A DNA stretch of 39,080 nt from a virus (lineage: Duplodnaviria; Caudoviricetes), in IMG/VR virus record IMGVR_UViG_3300031784_000077, positions 1 to 39,080 of that record, one strand, 5' to 3'. This document shows, piece by piece, positions 27,348 to 34,271 of the stretch (positions are counted from its first letter, which is position 1; each line of letters opens with the position of its first letter). The notes beneath the pieces were generated by a model. That model was not told where the DNA came from. It saw only the letters and a list, made by a program, of their open reading frames with translations, and did no database searches. The position numbers and the translations under genes are program-made.

Positions 27348-27683
27348 TTAGTTGCCAGCGCCAGTCTGCAATACTGTCATGGAAACAGAACCAGAGCCAC
27401 TGTTTTGCACCATGCGGATGCCCATAACGGGTTGATTTAAAGCAACCGCCTGAGTGGTGGTCTGAGCGCCAAGGCCAGTAACAGTGACCCAGTTCCCGTT
27501 GGCAGGAACATATCCGTCAGCTTGGATTTGATCCAGCGTGTACTGAACGGTGTAGTTTGCTGTGCCAGTCACAGTGCAGACAATCGTCGCCTGAAACTGA
27601 GACATGAAGGGGTCGAGCGCTACAGGGGCGGTCGCTACAGCGCCGCCGCTGGCATTAGATGTGGAACGTGTAATGGGATACAT
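27348..27683 (-). CDS. Small beta-rich virion protein
   Basis: 111 aa; VTGTANYTVQYTLD...GIRM...GSGSVSMTVLQ; GAGGAG upstream. Confidence 0.65.
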   Translation of the reverse strand: MYPITRSTSNASGGAVATAPVALDPFMSQFQATIVCTVTGTANYTVQYTLDQIQADGYVPANGNWVTVTGLGAQTTTQAVALNQPVMGIRMVQNSGSGSVSMTVLQTGAGN

Positions 27684-27713
27684 GGAAAGTTACTCCTCAA
27701 TCAATAACGCATA

Positions 27714-27983
27714 CTAGCACTTAACGTCCCATCTTTTAAGCGCCAAATTAATTCGGCTGTTGGGATCGTGTGCTGTTTTAGCCGACGTAAGCTTTTCTTT
27801 CATTCCGCACATTCGTGAACGGAAGTTATCGCGCCTATCTGCTGCCGCAGGGCTGCGACTTGCCTCTTCAGCGGTGACCGGGCGCTTGATGTCGCGACCC
27901 TCTGCGCGCAGGGATGCGCGCCCTTTTTCGTTTAACCCGCCAGACTTAGACTGACCTTCTTTACGTTGCCAAGCATCAGACAT
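27714..27983 (-). CDS. Small basic phage protein (recalled as DUF6321-like)
   Basis: Probable start 27983 (GGAGAG upstream); AWQRKEGQSKSGGLNEKGRAS...RRDNFRSRMCGMK...DPNSRINLALKRWDVKC. Family name is from memory. Confidence 0.6.
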   Translation of the reverse strand: MSDAWQRKEGQSKSGGLNEKGRASLRAEGRDIKRPVTAEEASRSPAAADRRDNFRSRMCGMKEKLTSAKTAHDPNSRINLALKRWDVKC

Positions 27984-27996
27984 ACCGCTCTCCATA

Positions 27997-28024
27997 GTAA
28001 AACGGGGGCCGCTAAGCCCCCGTT
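27997..28024 (-). terminator. Intrinsic terminator-like hairpin
   Basis: Minus strand AACGGGGGC-TTAGCG-GCCCCCGTT followed by TTAC. Confidence 0.65.
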
Positions 28025-28047
28025 CTATTTCAACAAGATCTTAGCGA

Positions 28048-28332
28048 TCAGGTCAACGAACCGCTGACATTGCGACCCTTTGCAGGGGTGCCTTGACGAG
28101 CGGACGAGAACGGACTGCCATTGTCGCAAGCCCCACCGGACTTACGAGCCTTGCGGCCAGCGTGGTGCATGGCATCCATGCCCTTAACTTTGCCAACAGT
28201 TTTGCCGCCGCGCTTGCGCTTTTCGGCTTCTTCGTTGACGTTGCTTTGATAGGTGTAGCGCAAGTTCTTTTGGGCAGAGTCCTGCGCCATTTCATTTACA
28301 CCACCCGAAGCGCGTGATTTACGACCCTTCAT
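28048..28332 (-). CDS. Small Lys/Arg-rich protein with three GG motifs (putative head cargo / DNA-condensing)
   Basis: RASGGV, RKRGGKT, RKSGGAC; AAGGAG RBS. Confidence 0.7.
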   Translation of the reverse strand: MKGRKSRASGGVNEMAQDSAQKNLRYTYQSNVNEEAEKRKRGGKTVGKVKGMDAMHHAGRKARKSGGACDNGSPFSSARQGTPAKGRNVSGSLT

Positions 28333-28343
28333 ATCGAGTCTCC

Positions 28344-28838
28344 TTATGCCGTGAGGTTATTGGACTGGATATAAGTGACGGTCAAAACACCGACGCCAGT
28401 ACCCGTGTTTGTGGATGTAACCAAGACCTGAATGTCAGTCGAACCAACATCCGTCCAGTTGGCAATAGCTGCATCAACAGTGCCGGGGTTGGCGCTGACG
28501 ATACCCTTTGTGCCACCTGCAACAGCGCCAGCAGCAGTCAGCGCCGTGGCCGAAGCCGTGGTGCCAATGCCAAGCGTCGATGCAGCACCTGACCAAATAG
28601 TCGAAACCGTCAGCGTAATGCTGAGGATTTGACTGTCAGCAGGGATCACAATGTCAGTCGTGAAGACACCAGCAGACGAACCATTGGTGGCCTGCGTAAT
28701 TGCCTGTGACTGAGCCATGACCGCATAGCCAACATTGGCCGTGCCGTTATAGCCACCAACACCAGCAAGATTGCCGGTGCCGTCGCTCTGGAGGACGTTG
28801 CCTGCCTTAATCGGCCCGGTAAAAGTAGTAGTACCCAT
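28344..28838 (-). CDS. Putative capsid accessory / decoration protein
   Basis: MGTTTFTGPIKAG...IPADSQILSI...GVGVLTVTYIQ; strong AAAGGAGG RBS; immediately after the capsid gene. Confidence 0.6.
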   Translation of the reverse strand: MGTTTFTGPIKAGNVLQSDGTGNLAGVGGYNGTANVGYAVMAQSQAITQATNGSSAGVFTTDIVIPADSQILSITLTVSTIWSGAASTLGIGTTASATALTAAGAVAGGTKGIVSANPGTVDAAIANWTDVGSTDIQVLVTSTNTGTGVGVLTVTYIQSNNLTA

Positions 28839-28857
28839 GGGGACCTCCTTTAAAGTT

Positions 28858-28881
28858 CCCCCTCCCCGTTAAGAGAGGGGG
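28858..28881 (-). terminator. GC-rich hairpin after the major capsid gene (leaky terminator or mRNA stabiliser)
   Basis: Minus strand CCCCCTCTCT-TAAC-GGGGAGGGGG followed only by AACTTT. Confidence 0.55.
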
Positions 28882-28891
28882 TGCCGATTAA

Positions 28892-29806
28892 TTAAGACGT
28901 TGGGAACGAACCGAAGATCGAACGCCAGTTGTAATAGCCGAAGCTATAACGCTCATAACCCTTGACCAAGAGGTTGTCGGTTACGAAATCGACTTGCATG
29001 TCGGTTTCGAACTTGACGCGCTCCATGTACGACAGACCGTCGATGTTGGTCAGAAGGAACCAAGCGTAGGCCGACGTCAAGAAGTCGTTGACCATGTAGC
29101 CTTCTGGCAGACCACCGCTGGTGCTGAGGATGGCGTTGACGTCGTTGTCTGCTGTACCCGGACGGAGTTCCGTCTTGGTGAGGCGGATAGCGACAGGCTC
29201 AAGCTGTGGCGGAACGATAAGCTTACGGCCACGGGCGAATACCTTCAGACCAGCTTGATCCTTGAAGTTCGTGCGGATCGAAATCATCGCGTTCAACAAG
29301 GTAGCTTCGTTAAGGTCAACCTGAGTGGTTGGCGTGTTGGCAACCGTACCACCGTCAATTGGGTGAGCAGTCGAGCAAAGCGCTACGCCGTCACCGCCAA
29401 TGTTGGCGTTGTAGGTTGTTGCCGTGTTCAAGATGTTCGCACCGTAGATTTCCTTGGTCTGTTGGAATGACTCAATCAGGCCGAGGTTCGATGGTTGGAA
29501 CTGGGTCTTGTACAGGTTATCGTCGATGGCTTTACGCGTAATTGCATAGCCGAGAGCAATTTCGTTATGCTCTTGGTTGTATACATAACGCTCACCAGCG
29601 CCGTTATCGAAAGACGTTTGACCGCCTTCAGTCTTCAACTGAGCAAGGCCGAGGTAACGCATTTCAGCGGTACGTTCGAGCGCCAGCTTCGAATCATGCT
29701 TTGTGAAGATCTTGTCGTACTGAGATGGGATCATCTCGTACTTGCCTTCTACACCCCGCAAGCCGGGGAGCAGAAGGTCTTTAATTGCTGATAAATTAAC
29801 AGCCAT
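28892..29806 (-). CDS. Major capsid protein (HK97 fold, Mu gpT-like)
   Basis: LLLPGL...KTEGG...IALGYAITRKAIDDNLY...GGDGVALCSTAHP...KLIVPPQL...ERYSFGYYNWRSIFGS; size, position and motifs fit a major capsid protein. Confidence 0.9.
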   Translation of the reverse strand: MAVNLSAIKDLLLPGLRGVEGKYEMIPSQYDKIFTKHDSKLALERTAEMRYLGLAQLKTEGGQTSFDNGAGERYVYNQEHNEIALGYAITRKAIDDNLYKTQFQPSNLGLIESFQQTKEIYGANILNTATTYNANIGGDGVALCSTAHPIDGGTVANTPTTQVDLNEATLLNAMISIRTNFKDQAGLKVFARGRKLIVPPQLEPVAIRLTKTELRPGTADNDVNAILSTSGGLPEGYMVNDFLTSAYAWFLLTNIDGLSYMERVKFETDMQVDFVTDNLLVKGYERYSFGYYNWRSIFGSFPTS

Positions 29807-29820
29807 GGTACCTTACTCCC

Positions 29821-30414
29821 TTAAATGCCGCTGAGGGTCTTGGTGGATACGTTGTTGAACGCAACAATTGCATAATTGTATGCGCCAGCTTCCGTACCAT
29901 TAGCACCCGGAGGCGCTGTGTCGAGGCCAACAACCTTGAACGGCAGCGTGGCTGTCGTTGTTGGTGTGACGGTGATGTCGATGTATGCGCCAGAAATGCC
30001 GCTCATCGTGTTGGGTGTGCCATAGGCGAACTGCACGTTGGCACCGATGTCGGTGACAGCGAGACCGGTCGAGGACGAACCACCAACCTGAGCCAAGAAC
30101 TTCGCGTTTGGATCATTGACGTAATAAACTTCGACAGTGTTTGTCGAAGCAACGTCAGCAGCGCCCCAGAAGTTCGACCAAACGGTACGCTTCTGCGAAA
30201 CTGAAAGATACTTACAGCCGACGAAAACGCCAGCAAGAATGCCAGTACCGGGAGTGGTAGGATAAATCGAACCATTCGCGTTCTGGAATACAGGGTCACC
30301 GAAATACATAGCAGCGGTGTTATAGGCGCAGAAGCCAACAACCTGCTCGTAAGTCGGAGCAGAACCAGTTCCACTGAACTGGCTAAAACCGAAAGGCGCA
30401 AAAGTATTTGCCAT
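29821..30414 (-). CDS. Putative capsid decoration / cement protein
   Basis: MANTFAPFGF...GDPV...GVFVGCKY...DPN; AAAGGAG RBS; first gene after the internal promoter, directly upstream of the capsid gene. Confidence 0.65.
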   Translation of the reverse strand: MANTFAPFGFSQFSGTGSAPTYEQVVGFCAYNTAAMYFGDPVFQNANGSIYPTTPGTGILAGVFVGCKYLSVSQKRTVWSNFWGAADVASTNTVEVYYVNDPNAKFLAQVGGSSSTGLAVTDIGANVQFAYGTPNTMSGISGAYIDITVTPTTTATLPFKVVGLDTAPPGANGTEAGAYNYAIVAFNNVSTKTLSGI

Positions 30415-30433
30415 GACGGATCTCCTTTAGGGA

Positions 30434-30497
30434 AGCCATCATCGCGCACCGGGGCGACTAAGACTGAGGGTTTTTGAGCCTCCGCACCGGGGGAAGC
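30434..30497 (-). promoter_or_regulatory. Twin stem-loops with identical CCCGGUGC loops in the capsid-operon leader
   Basis: GCUUCC-CCCGGUGC-GGAGGC (30497-30478) and AGUCUUAGUCGC-CCCGGUGC-GCGAUGAUGGCU (30465-30434), ending about 5 nt before the AAAGGAG RBS. Confidence 0.7.
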
Positions 30498-30502
30498 GGC
30501 AC

Positions 30503-30533
30503 GATAAATCGCTTATTTTTTCGGCTTTGTCAA
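30503..30533 (-). promoter_or_regulatory. Putative sigma70-type promoter for the capsid operon
   Basis: Perfect TTGACA (30533-30528), a 17-nt spacer, then GATTTATC (weak -10), directly after a terminator. Confidence 0.5.
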
Positions 30534-30539
30534 CAATGC

Positions 30540-30566
30540 AATAAAAAGGGCGGCATATAGCCGCCC
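30540..30566 (-). terminator. Intrinsic terminator
   Basis: Minus strand GGGCGGC-TATAT-GCCGCCC followed by TTTTTATT, about 15 nt after the stop of the 226-aa ORF. Confidence 0.85.
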
Positions 30567-30581
30567 AATTTACCAATTTTT

Positions 30582-31247
30582 TTATGAAGGAATCGGAATT
30601 GAGTCGTATGATTTCCGAATATTAACCAGTGACTGGTCTTTATTTGCCCGCTCAAACTGGCCGCCTTCTGCGGAATTTAGCTGGGCCTCCTTCTGCCGGA
30701 CCTGATTACGCGCCTTGCGCAATTCAATGGCGCGGGCTTCGTCAGAAATTTCCGACGGACGCTCCATTAGAACCATGCCTTTACGCTCAATAATGGGGTG
30801 ATCACCATTATTTGGCATGTAAGATGGGTGACGCGCCGTTGGGACGGGCTCCCAACCAGCGCGGGCCAAAGCTACCTGATACGCAGGATCTTCGGCACCC
30901 AACAGAAGCTTGCGCTTCCATTCATATTCCCAGCCCGGCGGAATATCATTTTTATCGATAAAGAAGTCATCAGTGCCTTCATCCATATCGCCAAGGTGAT
31001 CGCGGAGTTCTGCGGCACGGCGCGCAGCACGGGTGCGGGGGTCTTCTTCACGCATTGGGGCCCGAATATCCGCACGGATATTTGGTGCAATATCCGCATG
31101 CGTTGGGGCTGGTGCCGCAGAAAGTGGCTCAAATGCCTCTTCCAATACATGCATATTAACGGCTTCTGCGGCGGTTTGGGCTGCGTGATCAAGGGCTTCC
31201 TTAACCTTTGGTGGGCGTCCGCGCTTTTTAGGTGCAATAGGTTCCAT
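30582..31247 (-). CDS. Conserved head-module protein of unknown function
   Basis: Probable start MEPIAPKK (GAGGAG upstream); IPPGWEYEWKR...GWEPVP...IIERKGMVLMERP core; N-terminal KKRGRPPK AT-hook-like motif. Confidence 0.7.
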   Translation of the reverse strand: MEPIAPKKRGRPPKVKEALDHAAQTAAEAVNMHVLEEAFEPLSAAPAPTHADIAPNIRADIRAPMREEDPRTRAARRAAELRDHLGDMDEGTDDFFIDKNDIPPGWEYEWKRKLLLGAEDPAYQVALARAGWEPVPTARHPSYMPNNGDHPIIERKGMVLMERPSEISDEARAIELRKARNQVRQKEAQLNSAEGGQFERANKDQSLVNIRKSYDSIPIPS

Positions 31248-31264
31248 AATAATACTCCTCAAAT

Positions 31265-32155
31265 TTAATTAAGTTTGCCTTCTTTCTGAAGGGTAAGCTT
31301 GTTGCGTCCATACTCTTCAGGCGTCATGCCCATCATGCTTGCCATTTCACGCTCTGCTGCGGTCAGGGTGACGCGGTTTGGCTTGCTTCCGCCGCCACCG
31401 CCACTGCGCGAAACAGGTGCGGCTGGTGGCGCTGAACGACGCTGCGTCGGCTTTGCAGCGTCGGCCATGGCGTCATAATCACCGCCGTTATCCTGACGGC
31501 GGATGCGCAGCGTGTCTTCAATTGCCGCAAAATAATCGTCCGAATCCGCAGGAATATCATCTGCCATGGCCAGATTGTGTGCTGCCAGCATCTTCTGATA
31601 CAGGCGTGGATCGGTTGCGTATTCCGGATTCCGACGCACCCAATCAGCAGAACGCGGCGAAAGCTGCGATGCCAACGCCTCAACAGGATCAGCCACATAA
31701 GGTGTTGGGGCTGGCTGCCGTGGCTGGTTTTCCAGCGCCTGCTTGCCTTGCTCAAGCTGAAGAAGCTTGGCTGCGTTGGAAGACATCTCCGACTGAATAT
31801 CCGCCGCAGTGTCAAAATCACCCATAGCCATGGCGTCGCGGTAATTCGCCTTGAGGATATTATTGTTCTGGATGACTGTGTCGATAGCATTCGACACCAG
31901 ATGCAGGCTTGTGTCCTGTACCTCACCTTTGGCCTCATAAGCCGAATATTCAGCTTCGCTTGCGCGGCGCTGGGCTTCCTGACGCGCCTTGCGCTCAGTC
32001 TCCAACTGTTCCCTTAAGGCTTCAAGGGTGTTGTCTACAGGATCAGCTTCAGCGGCTTTTTCCTCTGACTTTTCGACAATAATGTCTTCGGCTGGCTTTA
32101 AATCTTCGCCCAAATCAATTTCAAATTGGTCTTCTGTGTTATCTTCAATATTCAT
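31265..32155 (-). CDS. Putative capsid scaffolding protein
   Basis: Acidic N-terminus, long coiled coils and a C-terminal VTLTAAEREMASMMGMTPEEYGR helix-turn-helix; lies between portal and capsid genes; AAGGAGG RBS. Confidence 0.7.
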   Translation of the reverse strand: MNIEDNTEDQFEIDLGEDLKPAEDIIVEKSEEKAAEADPVDNTLEALREQLETERKARQEAQRRASEAEYSAYEAKGEVQDTSLHLVSNAIDTVIQNNNILKANYRDAMAMGDFDTAADIQSEMSSNAAKLLQLEQGKQALENQPRQPAPTPYVADPVEALASQLSPRSADWVRRNPEYATDPRLYQKMLAAHNLAMADDIPADSDDYFAAIEDTLRIRRQDNGGDYDAMADAAKPTQRRSAPPAAPVSRSGGGGGSKPNRVTLTAAEREMASMMGMTPEEYGRNKLTLQKEGKLN

Positions 32156-32165
32156 TTTCGCCTCC

Positions 32166-32558
32166 TTACCAGATCATATCGGGATGTGGGACGCTGCCCC
32201 GGATGTTTGTGTCCTTTAGCGCACGGCAAAGCACGTTGTTGACGGTGATCGTCCAGCCATCTGACGGACGGTAAACAACCCAATCATGCAGCTTTACATC
32301 CATGTCGCGGAACCAATTGCCGTTGGGATCGTCAAAAGCTTCGGAACCCATTTTAACGACAAGGCCGACTTTGCTTTGGTGACGGTCTTCGTCACGGTGC
32401 TGATCCGGCAGGTAAATGCCGCTCTTGGTCTTTTCTGGGCGCAGATAAACGGCGACCACCACCTCGTTGTGGAACACCTTGTACTCTTCAATGTCGCCCA
32501 GCGCCTGAAGGATTACCTCCTTTGGGTCTTCTTCATGGGTCATATTCATATGTGGCAT
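32166..32558 (-). CDS. groES: Phage-encoded GroES-like co-chaperonin
   Basis: EKTKSGIYLP mobile-loop motif, KVGLVVKMG, VKLHDWVVY...GWTITVNN pattern of Cpn10. Confidence 0.8.
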   Translation of the reverse strand: MPHMNMTHEEDPKEVILQALGDIEEYKVFHNEVVVAVYLRPEKTKSGIYLPDQHRDEDRHQSKVGLVVKMGSEAFDDPNGNWFRDMDVKLHDWVVYRPSDGWTITVNNVLCRALKDTNIRGSVPHPDMIW

Positions 32559-32575
32559 CTAATTTTTCTCCATAG

Positions 32576-32773
32576 TTATCGTTCAGAAATAATTTTATTG
32601 ACCTCTTCACGCAGGTCTTCAAACTCGCGAAGGCCTGCGATCCTACCAACTTGGTATTTGTAGTCGGAATAATCAACGACTGCATGTGCGTTTGTGATGT
32701 TTTCTGAAAGGGTGGCGATGCGCGCCTCAACGAGTTTCAGCAACTCGAATTCAAATAGATTATTAAAATTCAT
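32576..32773 (-). CDS. Small helical hypothetical protein
   Basis: 65 aa, DYSDYKYQVGRIAGL; fills the gap before the GroES-like gene on the operon strand. Confidence 0.65.
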   Translation of the reverse strand: MNFNNLFEFELLKLVEARIATLSENITNAHAVVDYSDYKYQVGRIAGLREFEDLREEVNKIISER

Positions 32774-32784
32774 CGATAGGTCCT

Positions 32785-32830
32785 ATAAAATAAAATATTG
32801 GGCGACGCTCTTCCAACCAACGCCGCCCAA
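32785..32830 (-). terminator. Intrinsic terminator
   Basis: Minus strand TTGGGCGGCG-N13-CGTCGCCCAA followed by TATTTTATTTTAT, just after the stop at 32837. Confidence 0.75.
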
Positions 32831-32836
32831 ACTCAA

Positions 32837-34204
32837 TTACTTCTTGTGTTTTTGGATCTCCGTCTTTTCCAAACGACCCAGACCGCTACCAGCGCCTGCA
32901 TCCATGTCCTTGTACGAGCGATAGGTGCGGCCACCGCGCTTACGCGGCATTGGCTGCGGGCCAGCGCCCGGACCACCCATTGGAGGCGCAGGCATTGGGG
33001 GAGGCGGCATTTGCATAGGTGGACCAGCTTGTGGCTGTGGGGGAGGCGGCATCTGCACTGGCACACCCTGAGGTGCCGGTGCCTGCTGCGCATCGGGGTC
33101 CATCTGCGGCTGGCCTTTACCAGTTGCGATCACGATGTTGATATTGGTGCCGCTCTTTTTCTTCTTAGCGCGACCACCGCTGTTCATTTCAAGGCCAGCA
33201 AGGCTGCCACCATCGCGCTTTGCAATGCGACCGCCAACCTTTTCCTGCGTCTGCATTTCGCCATCCAGAGATGTAAGGCGACCGCCGCGCTTTTTGCCTG
33301 CGACTTCTGGACCGGCTGCTGGAGCGCCATCTTTCTTCTTAAAAAGCTTGTCGTATGCCAAGGCACCAAGACCGCCCATAAGGATTTCTGGGTTTCTTAT
33401 AGCCGCGCCAATAGCGCCGCCTTTAAGAGCATAATTACCAACATCTTTCAGAACGCCACCAAGGCTTTTGCCGGTGCGACCGCCCTTATTCAGACCCTTT
33501 GCCGAATGCTGCGTGTCGTGCTTCTTGTCCATCTTGGACTTTTCCCAATCCGACATCGACATGCCGTATTTTTTAGCAAGCTTCTTGTCCTGCGCCTCAT
33601 CCTTGGCAGAACCTTCCCAAGCGCGACCACCAGATTTACGCACGTTACGCATGTAAGCTGTTGCTTCTGATACAGTCTTTGGCGAAGGACCTGAGCGCTT
33701 GACTGGCGCTGGTGGGGCTTTCTTTGGCTTAGGCGCAGGGGTTGTTTGACCACCGCCGGGTACCATGCCGAGTTCCTCGTTGGTCATACGGCGACCGGAG
33801 TCAGTTGTGGGGCGCGTGGAAATGCCCTCCTCCATTGGTCCGCCATAGGCTTTTTTCACAGCCCGACCACCCGTTTTCAGGGCACCGACGTGTTTTTTAC
33901 CCTCACGGGCTTCGTTGGCGTCTTTGTAGTTGCGATTGACAAGAGCATCGACGGTAAGATGCTTGCTGCCTGAGCGCGGCTTCTTGCCTGCATGCTTCTT
34001 GGCGTCAGCGCCGGAAACAGCGACAACCTTTCCGCCCTTCTTGTAAGCGCGGCGTGAGATCGGGCGCATGCCGGTCTTGGCTTCGGAGTTCAAAACCTGT
34101 TCTGGACCATAGTCAGAAGCGTCAACCTTGCCCGACTTTGCTGAGGTTAAACGATGAATTTTTGCGCGCATTGCGCGACGAGCGTTGCGGGACATCTCTG
34201 ACAT
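32837..34204 (-). CDS. Highly basic, disordered protein built from GG-delimited segments (putative head cargo)
   Basis: Probable start ATG 34204 (CAGGAG RBS), 455 aa; at least 11 motifs such as YKKGGKV, LKTGGRA, RKSGGRA, LNKGGRT, KKRGGRL, RKRGGRT; Pro-rich C-terminal part. Confidence 0.75.
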   Translation of the reverse strand: MSEMSRNARRAMRAKIHRLTSAKSGKVDASDYGPEQVLNSEAKTGMRPISRRAYKKGGKVVAVSGADAKKHAGKKPRSGSKHLTVDALVNRNYKDANEAREGKKHVGALKTGGRAVKKAYGGPMEEGISTRPTTDSGRRMTNEELGMVPGGGQTTPAPKPKKAPPAPVKRSGPSPKTVSEATAYMRNVRKSGGRAWEGSAKDEAQDKKLAKKYGMSMSDWEKSKMDKKHDTQHSAKGLNKGGRTGKSLGGVLKDVGNYALKGGAIGAAIRNPEILMGGLGALAYDKLFKKKDGAPAAGPEVAGKKRGGRLTSLDGEMQTQEKVGGRIAKRDGGSLAGLEMNSGGRAKKKKSGTNINIVIATGKGQPQMDPDAQQAPAPQGVPVQMPPPPQPQAGPPMQMPPPPMPAPPMGGPGAGPQPMPRKRGGRTYRSYKDMDAGAGSGLGRLEKTEIQKHKK

Positions 34205-34271
34205 TACAGTCTCCTGTCTTACCGAATTACCGGCGAATAAAAGGTTCCACAAAATTGTGGCTGCAAGAGCA

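Noticed and set aside
32798-33670. 290-aa plus-strand ORF, and other long plus-strand ORFs such as 36027-36884
   Set aside because: Antisense to well-supported minus-strand genes, with no recognisable motifs; long shadow ORFs are expected at this GC content.
34205-34271. Possible promoter (TTGCAG-N17-CTTTTATT) and small palindrome CCACAAAATTGTGG upstream of the 455-aa gene
   Set aside because: Match to consensus is too weak and the hairpin too short to support without comparative data.
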